A stretch of 64,000 bases of DNA, taken from NCBI GenBank assembly GCA_043228905.1, contig JBHGNT010000016.1, positions 3,038,001-3,102,000 of the forward strand. The letters are read 5' to 3'. The translations under genes and the position numbers were made by a program. Shown here in pieces: positions 39,167-50,104 of this stretch. Each line of letters opens with the position of its first letter. Within the stretch, counting starts at the first letter, position 1. This stretch comes from Azolla caroliniana. Lineage: Eukaryota > Plantae > Polypodiophyta. The notes below the pieces were generated by a model. That model searched no databases. It saw only the letters and a program-made list of their open reading frames with translations, and was not told the DNA's origin.

Positions 39167-42100
39167 TGTCGCGTTGTTACGCGCGTGCGTGGAGAAGGGC
39201 GGAACCACGGGGGTCTTGGACTAAGGAGAAGGGGAGAAGGAATAGGACTTCGGAATGGAGCTTAGCACAAGAAGAGAAAGAACGAACAAGAGGAAGATGG
39301 AGGCCAAATGCTCAACAAGATATATTAGAACCGAACACCGATTACAAAATGGCGGCCGCGTAGGCCGCACCAAACGGCTATGATAAACCCGAAACCCTAA
39401 TCCGACGAAGAAGAAAAGAAACCCTAACTAAGGAACCCTAAACGAAATGGTATACCTCACTCACACTCCAAAATAAGGCAACCCCCACAATGGTGCTCTT
39501 CCTCTCCCTTTATAGCACAAGGAGGGAAGACCGTTACATAAAGGTGCTACAAAATATCCCCTTTCAATCAATGGGGATATTTCCCTTGATTTTAGGGGAG
39601 GTGGGAAGGATGGGTCTTAACTCCCACCTCTACACGAACTACTATGTACCTATCTCTCTCTCTCACGTGGATGTGCGCGCAAAAGCACATCACCTCTACA
39701 CTTTACAAATCCTAAGGTGCATTTCTAGCACCATACTTATCACTATCGATAAATAGAAATACAACATGGTGATGTGCAACGTTGCACATCGCGGGTTTGC
39801 TTGCTTCGCTCGGTTTTCCGCCTATGGACGAAAATCTTCACGACATCCGCCCCCACCTAACCGCACATCCACCGGTATGTGCCAAAAGGGGAACAAAACG
39901 CGAGATTTTCGGCCAAGGCGGCCAACCGAGCCCTTGACAACCTCGTGGGCTTGCCCGGCTTAGTCTTCCACTTCGAGCAAGTCCACCCCGTCCACACGAA
40001 CCACCGTCGCCTTCCGGCCCACCATCTCCGCCGAATGGTCTCGAACCGTTGGCTCCATCCGATCCGCCACACTTGACGACGTTCGCCGAGTCGTGGCCTC
40101 CACCCGATCCGCCACGTCCACCGTGTTTCCTCGAACCACCGTCTACATCCGGACCGCCGTTTCCGATGCCCGCGCTTTCTTCCCCGATCGGTCCTCCCGA
40201 ACGCCGTTGCCGACCCTTTGTCCGCCTCGCATATCCTCCGGATCCGCCTTTTTCGCGCCGCGCACCACGTCGTGCCGACTCTTCTCGCTCCGCGCTTGCC
40301 TTCCGTAGGCTTTCCCCGTACGTCGGTGTCGTCCTCCGAATGCGTGCTCGTGCTTCGGTCCTTCGATGACCCCATCACGCATTTTTCGCCTTCCCTTTGC
40401 TTGCCGTGCTCTCTCGCCGTAGAGCATACCATCGTTCCCGCGCTCGTTGCTTGGCCCTCATGCGGCCGCATTGCACGTTTCGCATTCCGCTCCTCTTCGC
40501 GTACCCTTTCGGAAAGGTACCTTTCTTCCCCGATCTCCGTTTCGCTCGGAGGAACACCCTCTTGGCCCTCTTGGCCTGCTCGACCGCACACATCCTTCGT
40601 GATGTCGTGTTCGTTCCTTTGGGCGCATACATCTTCGTTCACCGCGACCTCCCGTATGCCTCTCTCGGTGCCTTCATCCGTTGTGGCCTTCGTCCCCTCG
40701 CCGCCACCGTCCGCCACTCTTGGTCTCACGTCGGCACTCGCGCCGATCGCCGGAGTCTCTATAGCCGGTGTGGAGGATCCCTCTCGGGTCTTATCTTCGT
40801 GGCCGCCGGTCTTAGCCTCTCCGTAGGCCACCTCTTCCCACCAATCTTCCCTAGCATCGTGCCGGGTCTCGTCGTCGCCGCCTTCCTCCTCGTATTCGCC
40901 TCTCGAAGGCGTGATCCGACCGTCATCTTCGGTCGCTCGATGTGGCTCCTTCGTAGGCATGCTTGTGTCTTGGCCCTCCATCGGCCGTATTGCATGCATC
41001 TCGTCTCGCTCTTCCGCCGTAGACCCGACCTCCGTGTCGGTCTTCTCCTCCTTTGTCGCCGTAGCCCGTTCCGACACGGGCTCGCCGTCTTGGACCCACC
41101 CGTCCACCATCTCGTACCGGATATCCGTTCCGGTAACCTCGTACGCTCCGGCCTCCGACTCCTCGCCGCCACCCGCCGTCTCTCCGGTCTTATGTTGATC
41201 CGCAACCGCCGTAGTCTCTAGAGTGGGTATGGAGGGCCTCGTTTGTTTCCGTTTTTCCCCCGAACCATGGTCGTCGTGCCCGGTTAGCCTCCATCTCGCG
41301 CTTACCGGCTCCCATCGTAAACGTAACCGTAACCGTAACCGTAACCGGCCAATCGGTCTTGCCGGCTTCCTTCGGTTTGGGCCCGGTTCGCCGGCCCTTA
41401 CTCTCTTCTTCTTCCGTGCCGTATTCCGGTAGGGTCGGTTCCCGACTCTCTCCTCGTTTCCGCTCCGGTCCTCTCCGTCGGACCCACCGTATACGCCCAT
41501 TCCGGGCCCCGCATACTCGTCTTCGTATGCGCTCTCTCCGGGCCTCACCTCCTCACGGTCACCGCCCATCTCTCCGGTCTCACGTTGGCATTCGAGCACA
41601 ACCGCCGAAGTCTCCGGCCCCGGTGTCAAGGGGTCTTGCCTCCGTCCGCTCCAATCTTCCTTCTCGTTTCCATTGCACGCCTTGCCGCCGTCACCTCCCG
41701 TCGCACTAAGCCTCATGCCGGCCCTCGGGCCGGCCATTGGAGCCTCTAGGATTGGTGTGGGTAAGGACCCGGCACCGCCGCTTGTTGTCTCCGTAGCCGC
41801 TTTCGTTCGGACGTCGTCCGCGGCTCCCCCATCTCCGATTCCGTAAGCCTCTAGTATGCTTGCCACCACCTCTTCTTCGCCGTTCTCCGCGTCATTTTGT
41901 TTGCCCGCCTTGCCGCCACCACCGCCCGTCGTTCTAGGTCTCGTGCCGGCACTCGGGCCGACCGCCGAAGCCTCTAGGGCCGGTGTGTGGAAGGTCGCGG
42001 CACCACCGCTCGCCTCCTCTCCGCTCGATGTTTTGGGCCGCCGTGCCCCGAATCTTCCGCCCACTTTCGAAGTGGCGCTCTCCGCTTTGTAGTCACCGGC

Positions 42101-44840
42101 CTCATCCTTGGCCGTCCATTCGCCGCAAGACGAGAGGGTCGCTCGCTCCGCACCCTCTCCCATGTCGTCGTCGTTTCGGTTGCCCGCCTTGCCGCCGCCA
42201 CCGTCCGTCACTCTAGGCCTCTCGCCGGCTCTCGGGCCGGGTGCCGGAGTCTCTAGGACCGGTGTGTGGAAGGTCGCGACACCACCACTCCTCTCGTCCG
42301 TAGCCACCTCCATTCGGACATCGTCGTCCGTGGCTACCCCGTCTTCGGTTTCGCAAGCATCGAGTATGCTTGCCGCCGCCTCTTCTTCGCCGGTCTCGTC
42401 CTCATCTCGGTTGTCCGCCTTGCCGCCGCCACCGTCCGTAGCTCTAGGTCTCGTGCCGGCACTCGGGCCGACCGCCGAAGCCTCTAGGGCCGGTGTGTGG
42501 AAGGTCGCGACACCATCGCTCGTTTCGTCTTCCTCCTCCATTTCGCAAGCCTCGAGTATGCTCGCGAAATCCTCGTAGAACGTTTCGGGCAACCGCGTCC
42601 CGAAACTTCCGCCCACTCTCGAAGTGGCGTCCATCGCTCCGTAGATATCGGCCTCGTCCATGGCCGTTCTTTTTCCCCGAGATGAGACGGTCGCTTGCTC
42701 CGCACCTTCTCTCGTGTCGACGCCGTGGTCGCCCGCCTTGCCACCGCCACCGCCTTTCACCATAGGTCTTACGCGGGCACTCGGGCCGGCCGCCGTGATC
42801 TCTAGGAATGACGCGTGTAAGGTCGCGGGACCGCCGCTCGTCGATGTATAGTCCGTGGCCACCTCCGCTCGGACGTCGTTGTCCGTGGCTACCCCGCCTC
42901 CGTATATGCAAGCATCGGTTATGCTTGCCGCCGCCTCTTCCGCGGTCTTCTTACCGTTGTCTCGGTTGCCCACCTTGCCGCCGCCACCGTTCTTTTCCCT
43001 CGGTCTCACGCGGGCGCTCGGGCCGGCCGCCGGGGTCTCTTGAACCGGCGCGTGGAAGGTTGCGGTACCGCCGCTTGTCTCCTCCGTACTCGATGATTCG
43101 GGCCACCATGTCCCGAATCCGCCATGTCCGCTCGAATCGGCGATTGCCGCCTCACCGTCCCCGACCTCGTCCTCGGTCGTTCTTTCCCCCCATGTCGAGA
43201 GGGCGGCTCGCTCCGCACCCTCTCCCGTGGTACCGATGTACCATTCTCTTTCGGCCTCCGCATGGGCCCCGTCCTCCATGTGTGAGGAAGCTCCTTCCTC
43301 CGCGTCCTCCGATCCGCTCGGGCCCGACCCCGCAATAAGCCATTCTTCGGCTTCGATTTTCGCCATTACGAGCCCGCACGCCTCCCGTATTAGCGCTTGT
43401 AGGTCGAGCCCCTCCAAACCGGTTCACGATGAGCTCTCGTCCGGCGGCATGGCGTAGTCGGTCGTCGCTCTCTCTTCTCCCCCGCTCGCGGGCCGTGTTG
43501 TGGCCGACCGCCTCGCCTCATGTTGCCGACACACCCATTCCACTTCGGGCCACTCCTCGGTGAGACCATGCGCCCCATAATCGTCTTGAAGCTCGAACAT
43601 GATGTCCATCCTCTCCTCATGATGGACCGTCTCCAAAAATAGGAGGACTTTGTCCGCCCCCACCGTTCTTCGTTCCCACTCCGAGAGTTGAGAGAAACGA
43701 CGCTCGAACTCTCGGAATGCCTCTATTGCGCTCCGATGGCGCCTCGCCGACGCCATCCACCGATCGAACTCTCGCCGACCTCTTACCTCCGATTCCGCGC
43801 ACCCGTATGCCTCCATTAGAGCCCCTTCAAAGGACTCCCACGATTCGTGAGCTTCTTGGAGCTCCTTGACCTCCTCGTACTTTGATGCGGCCGCCGCTCG
43901 ACGAAAGAACTCTAGCCTCGTCGCTTCGTCCACGCCCATCCCCGTCATTTCCGCATCGTAGGCTCTCAAAAATTTTGGGACCTCCTTCCCATCGAACCGG
44001 CCGACTAGACGGACCACCCTTTCGACCGCTTGTTGAGCCGCCTCTCGCCTCGCCCTCTTCCGTCCGGCGTCCATCACGATCTTTGTCATCATCTCCTCGA
44101 AGTCGAAGCCTTCTTCCATCTCTTTCTCCCTTGCCGCCCTTCACGTCGGGTTCACCAAAGATGTCGCGTTGTTACGCGCGTGCGTGGAGAAGGGCGGAAC
44201 CACGGGGGTCTTGGACTAAGGAGAAGGGGAGAAGGAATAGGACTTCGGAATGGAGCTTAGCACAAGAAGAGAAAGAACGAACAAGAGGAAGATGGAGGCC
44301 AAATGCTCAACAAGATATATTAGAACCGAACACCGATTACAAAATGGCGGCCGCGTAGGCCGCACCAAACGGCTATGATAAACCCGAAACCCTAATCCGA
44401 CGAAGAAGAAAAGAAACCCTAACTAAGGAACCCTAAACGAAATGGTATACCTCACTCACACTCCAAAATAAGGCAACCCCCACAATGGTGCTCTTCCTCT
44501 CCCTTTATAGCACAAGGAGGGAAGACCGTTACATAAAGGTGCTACAAAATATCCCCTTTCAATCAATGGGGATATTTCCCTTGATTTTAGGGGAGGTGGG
44601 AAGGATGGGTCTTAACTCCCACCTCTACACGAACTACTATGTACCTATCTCTCTCTCTCACGTGGATGTGCGCGCAAAAGCACATCACCTCTACACTTTA
44701 CAAATCCTAAGGTGCATTTCTAGCACCATACTTATCACTATCGATAAATAGAAATACAACATGGTGATGTGCAACGTTGCACATCGCGGGTTTGCTTGCT
44801 TCGCTCGGTTTTCCGCCTATGGACGAAAATCTTCACGACA
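39167..44840 (-). mobile_element. pol-less LTR element C (Trp-primed clade), very young
   Basis: 679 bp LTRs at 39167-39845 and 44162-44840, apparently identical. TSD ACGT on both sides; removal restores Copia DVRH|VPEV. Trp PBS at 44140-44157. Confidence 0.95.
39857..44119 (-). CDS. Gag-derived frame of about 1420 codons (one in-frame TGA at 43426-43424) with internal peptide repeats and a C-terminal Trp/Arg motif
   Basis: The 231 aa and 1186 aa ORFs are in the same frame. Gag-like FDGKEVPKFLRAY. At least 6 ATFHTPxLExxAxGP...GGGGK repeats. Near the end: RRRWWAGRRRWFVWTGWTCSKWK. Confidence 0.7.
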
Positions 44841-46985
44841 ACGTTCCGGAGGTTCGTCTGAACCTGATATCAACCGATCGGCTAGATGATGAAGGCTACA
44901 GGATAGCATCCGGAACAATGTTATGAAGTTCAGCAAAGGGAGCCTGATTGTGGCTCGGGCCCGGAAGGTAAACACATTGTACCTGATGAATGCCCAGTTA
45001 TGCCCGGAAGAAGTGAACGTGGCATCCGACATTGCCGGTGAGTTGTGGCACAAGAGGCTGTGTCACATGAGCGAGAAGGGGATGAAGAGGCTTGCAGACG
45101 ACAACCTCATTCCAGTGAAGAACGTGCACTTGGAGAAGTGCACTGATTGTCTGGCCGGTAAACAAAACCGGACCTCCTTCCGATCGAGGCCACCGATGAG
45201 ACGTAATGCACCACTGGAGTTGGTGCATACTGATGTATGTCAAGTGGACACGAAGTCACATGCCGGATCGTAGTACTTCGTGATGTTCATAGATGACCAC
45301 AACCAAAAGCTGTGGGCCACACCGTTGAAGACGAAGGATCAGGTGTTATCTGTCTTCAAAGAGCTCCACGCGAGAGTGGAAAGAGAACCTAACCGGAAGC
45401 TGAAGGCGGTTCGAGTAGATAACGGAGGTGAATACCAAGGGCAGTTCGAGGAGTATTGTCGCTCAAAAGGAATCCGGCTCGAATTTACCATGCCGAAGAC
45501 GCCGGAACTAAACGGGTTGGCCGAGAGGATGAACCGGACCATAATGGAGAGGGTCTGGAGTATGCTAGCGCGTGCAAAACTACCCAAGAAGTTTTGGGCC
45601 GAGGCACTGTCGACGGCGACATATGTGATAAACAGATCACCCTCAGTGCCCTTGGATGGAGAGACACCGCAGAAGGTGTGGACCGGTAAGGAAGTTTTCT
45701 ACCGGCATCTGAAGGTGTTCGGGTGTCTCGCGTACGTGCATGTTGCTAAGGACCAGAGAGGAAAGTTGGATCCAAAGACCCGGCCATGCATATTCCTCGG
45801 TTACGGCGACGATGAGTTCGGCTACCGAGTGTGGGACTTGGTCGACAAGAAGGTATTCCGGAGTCAAGATATTATCCTCATGGAGGACAAGACACTCGCC
45901 GACTGGGAGTCGGAGAAGAAGATAATGAACTCCGACTCGACCGGTAAGGATCGATTCTACGATGAGCAGACCCAACCGGCAAGAGACCGGTTAGCACTCG
46001 AGGAACTAGCCGGTTACGGTGAGGATACCGAACTGGCAGAAGAAGAAGTAGAGGAAGCTGAAACCGGAACCGGCCAAGACCCTTAATCGGATTCGGATGA
46101 AGAGAAAATGGAGGAGCCGGTTACCGAAGCCCAAAGACGGAGATATCCTCTCAGAGAGAGAAGGGCCCCCCAGAGATTTCCGGATGCAGAGCATGTGCTG
46201 CTAACCGATGAGGGGGAGCCAGAGAGGTTCGAAGAAGCGAAGGATGACACCCATAGCCGCAAATGGTTAAGTTCCATGCAGGATGAGATGGATTCCCTGC
46301 ATGAGAACCATACGTACGAATTGGTGGAGTTGCCGAAAGGAAAGCGGGCACTCCGAAACAAGTGGGTGTACAAGTTGAAACCGGGAGATGCTGGCAAACC
46401 CCCGAGATACAAAGCCAGGATCGTGGTGAAGGGGTTCCAGCAGAAGAAGGGCGTGGACTTCGACGAGATATTTGCCCCAGAAGTAAAGATGACCTCCATC
46501 CAGACGGTGCTGAGTATTGCGGCAAGCATGGACCTCGAGGTAGAGCAGTTGGACATCAAGACGGCATTCCTTCACAGTGACCTCGAAGAGGAGATCTACA
46601 TGCAGCAACCGGAAGGATTCGTGGAGAAAGGGAAGGAGCACCTGGTATGCCGGTTGAAGAAGAGTCTGTACGGACTGAAGCAAGCTCCCCGACAATGGTA
46701 TCGGAAGTTCGACTCCTTCATGACCGATCAAGGGTACCACAAGACGCAAGCCGATCACTGCGTGTTTGTGAAGAAGTTCAAAGGAGGCGACTTCTTGATA
46801 CTCCTTCTGTACGTGGATGACATGTTGATTGTCAGACGGGACCAAGTCAGAATACAGATGCTGAAGAAGGCTCTCAACCGAACTTTCGCAATGAAAGACT
46901 TGGGCCCAGCAAGACAGATGTTGGGGATGCATATCATCCGAAACCGGCCAACGAAGCAATTGTGGTTGTCACAAGAGAAGTACGT

Positions 46986-47644
46986 TGTCGTGAGGAAAAC
47001 CGTCCCCGTGCGCAAAGTGTGTGTGAACCGGCCTTGCACGTGGGCACGCCCCTGTTGTATAGTAGATAGGTGGGCACAAAGTCAAACCCTAGGTAGCAAT
47101 ATTCCATAGGGAGAATCGAGGAGTGTCTCTGTCCGAAAGGACAGAGAATTAATGTGATGTATACGGGTGAAAACGGTCTCCCTCCTTGAGCTATAAAAGA
47201 GAGGGAGACGGGGGAGAGAGAGGTATCGCGCGCGAGAGGGGACGAAGTGCTGTCGGACTGGGACCGAGCACTTCTCTGTCATTCTCCGTAGCTTTCTTGT
47301 GCGCAGGTTCTTGAGAGGTTGATTCTGCTCCGTGGAACGCCCGTGTGCTTCCGGCAAAGTCTTCATCTCGCACCCCTGCGCGCGTGGGTGGTCAGGCGTC
47401 GATATCCATCTAGCAGGCCTGATCGGTTGTAACCGTTCGCGTCGTCTGCATACTTATTTTATATACATACACTGGTGTTCTTATACTCTATTCCCCGTTC
47501 AACTCGTGTCTCTTGTGTCATTGGACCGCGTTCCCGTGCGCTTCTTTGTCTATACGTGTGTGAGCGTGTCTCTCTCTCTGTCCCTTCTCTCACCTATTCC
47601 TCGGTCCAAGACCTCAGTGGTCCCGCCTTGTTCTCCACGCACGC
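46986..47644 (+). mobile_element. LTR of element D (same clade), interrupted near its U5 end
   Basis: Starts TGTCGTGAGG after ACGT. TATA (CTATAAAAG) at about 47191. U5 motif GTCCAAGACC...CCGCC...CTCCACGCACGC. Confidence 0.8.
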
Positions 47645-48220
47645 TGTCGAGATATTACGCAAGTGCGTGTGGAATCGAGGCGGGACCGCGGGGGTCTCGA
47701 ACCAAAGAGCAAGCGAGGGAGGAGAAAGAGAGAGAGAACCGGCTACGGAGGACCGGGGATACACAGGGACACGGCCCTTCAGCACGGAGAACGCGAACAG
47801 ACACCGACACAGACAGATGCGAATGACTTAATATGTATATTAAGAAAATGGCTAACACTACTACAACCCTCGATGGGGCACAGGTTGGTTACAACCGAAC
47901 AGGCCGGCGAACAGATGCCGACGCCTGTTCACTTCGACGCTCAAAGGGGCTGCCGGAAGCACTCGGGCGTTCCTCGAAACAGCGCGAGCCTCCTCGGAAC
48001 CCTGCACAGAAAAGCTATGGAGCTCAGGAAGGAAGGAAACAGAGAGAGAGAAGCGTCCAGAAACGGTCCGACAGCACTTCGTCCTCTCCCCGCGAGATCC
48101 CTGCAACAGCTCTTTCCCGCTCCTTATATAGGCCGACGAGCAGGCCGTCGTGTCAGCTTTATTCCCTGTCCCTTTTGGACAGGGATCCGCTCCGTTTTTC
48201 ACGCATCCGCGTAGTTACGC
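47645..48220 (-). mobile_element. LTR of element E, inserted in the LTR of D and interrupted by F
   Basis: Starts TGTCGAGATATTACGC...GGCGGGACCGCGGGGGTCTCGAACC after ACGC. Inverted similarity to D (GACGAAGTGCTGTCGGAC). Confidence 0.75.
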
Positions 48221-49650
48221 TATCGCGAAGATTCGCGCGTGCGTGTGCTACTCGAGCGACCACCGGGGTCTTGGACTGGGGAGGACGTTCGCAGAATTAT
48301 CGATGCTAGATGACGATCAATGTAAGATTAGATGAAATTGGTTTACTTGAGAAGGAGAAAAATTGTACACTTGAGAAGTAGAAAAACATGAAGAAGATAA
48401 AGACAAATATAATTATATTGATGATAGTGGTGTTGGTGATATCACATATTGAGCCCCCCTTACACAAGCCCAACTAGAGGCTTTTATAGGTCTTTCCATG
48501 CTCGTGACATGCACAAAACCATGGGCTAAAACCATGGTTTTGTGCACACGGTTTTGCTTATGTCATGCACAAACCATGGGTTTAAAACCATGGTTTTGTG
48601 CACATGGTTTTCTATGGTTGTTTCGTCTATAATTTGTATATGAAAAGGAAATACATATAATCTACACTATATGATAGTTGTCCTAGTGGTAAGGCAATTA
48701 TCTTGTATGTTAGAGGTGCAAGGTTCAATCCTTGCTTGCACCCCTCTGTATGAACTCAAGTGCCAGTAGGCTAGGTTTATTTGCTAAGTGCATGTGCAAT
48801 GTTGCACATCCTTGGTTTATTCATCTCACTCGGTTTCACACCGTAGCCGAAAATCGTCACGACATCCACCCCCACCAAACCCGCACATCCTCCGGTATGT
48901 GCCGAGAAAGGTGAAGAGGTAAGATCTTTGGCAACGGCGATCAACCGAGTTCCTCTGCACGCTCGTCGTCCTCGTCTTCCACTTCGAGTATGCGCAATCT
49001 TTCCAACCGAACCACCGTAGCCACCCGATCCACCATATCCGGCGCTCACACCTTCTTCCCCGATCGGTTGTAGTAGATCTACCGAACGATGTCGTCGATA
49101 CGACCGCTCTTCCTTCGTCCACCGCGCGTGTCCTTCGATTGGACTCCTGGCCACTCCTCACGCTCACCGTCTTCAACTGGGTATTGTAGATCGTTCGTGT
49201 CGATCTCCGATTAGGCCGGGTTTGCCCTTGTCCGGATCGGTCTCCACCGATCGCTTCTTGGCTTGGTTGGCCTTCGTCTGCATTCACATTTCCCCGAGTC
49301 GGGCTCGACCGATTGATTCTGGCTGGGTCGGCACCCTTTTGGATCGGAATCGTCCGATCGATTTTCGCCGAATCAGGTTTCGGCCGGGTCGGCCCCGGTC
49401 GATCGGCTCCCATGTGGATCTTCCTTCGTTCGGGTCGGAATCCCGGCCGGATCGTCTTCCGGTTCAACCGGTTCTCGACTCTTCCTTCCTTCCCGCATGC
49501 AACCTCTCCATCGAACTCAACCGCAGCTTCATCCTTGGCCTCCACGTCGGCCATATCCTTCCCTCCGTGTATGCTCGCCTCGGGCCATATTGTCTCCTCT
49601 TCGCCACCTCCTTTATCTTCGGTCTTATGTCGACACACGGTCTCGACTGC
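48221..49650 (-). mobile_element. element F: 3' LTR (48221-48864) and 3' internal region running into the gap
   Basis: LTR ends TCACGACA, followed by the PPT complement TCCACCCCC. ORF 49638-48826 contains RRIWWIGWLRWFGWKDCAYSKWK. tRNA-like box at 48679-48734. Preceded by ACGC. Confidence 0.85.
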
Positions 49651-49750
49651 NNNNNNNNNNNNNNNNNNNNNNNNNNNNNNNNNNNNNNNNNNNNNNNNNN
49701 NNNNNNNNNNNNNNNNNNNNNNNNNNNNNNNNNNNNNNNNNNNNNNNNNN
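49651..49750. other. assembly gap (100 N)
   Basis: Run of N. Confidence 1.
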
Positions 49751-50104
49751 AACGTTTATTTAATTTAATGGTTTAATTAATGTTTTTTTGTTGATTTAAT
49801 TCATCTAACTTAAATGCTTATTTAATTAATGTACTCAGTTTATTTAGTTTTTTAATGAGTTTGACTTAAATATTTAGGTTTAAATTTTTTATTAAACGGT
49901 TCGGTTTGGTTTTAACTTTTCCCGAAACGGTTTTAGTTTATATGGTTTGGTTTACATTTTCTTAAATGGTTTGGTTTAAATGGCTGGAGAGTTCATAAGC
50001 AATTTGGTTTGGTTTTTGTTTTATATAAATGGTTCGGTTCAGTTCAGTTCAGTTTCAAGGCAAAGATTTCGACCCGAACCAAAACTGAACCGGGCCCATT
50101 CCTA
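49751..50104. mobile_element. end of a hAT-like non-autonomous DNA element
   Basis: Dense GGTTCGG/GGTTTGG subterminal motifs; terminus reads TAGGAATGGGCCCGGTTC on the minus strand. Confidence 0.55.

Larger units (their letters stand above)
37316..46985 (+). mobile_element. Ty1/Copia element (Tnt1/Tork-like), interrupted by element C and truncated in RT by element D
   Basis: 5' LTR 37316 to about 38063, PBS TGGTATCAGAG at 38066. Gag knuckle CFYCSKPGHFQKNC, protease WVVDSGASFH, LWHKRLCH, integrase VDNGGEY and NGLAER, RT LKKSLYGLKQAPRQW and YVDD. Confidence 0.95.

Noticed and set aside
39879-43457. Many overlapping + strand and alternative-frame ORFs
   Set aside because: Shadow ORFs of a GC-rich repetitive coding region; no motifs.
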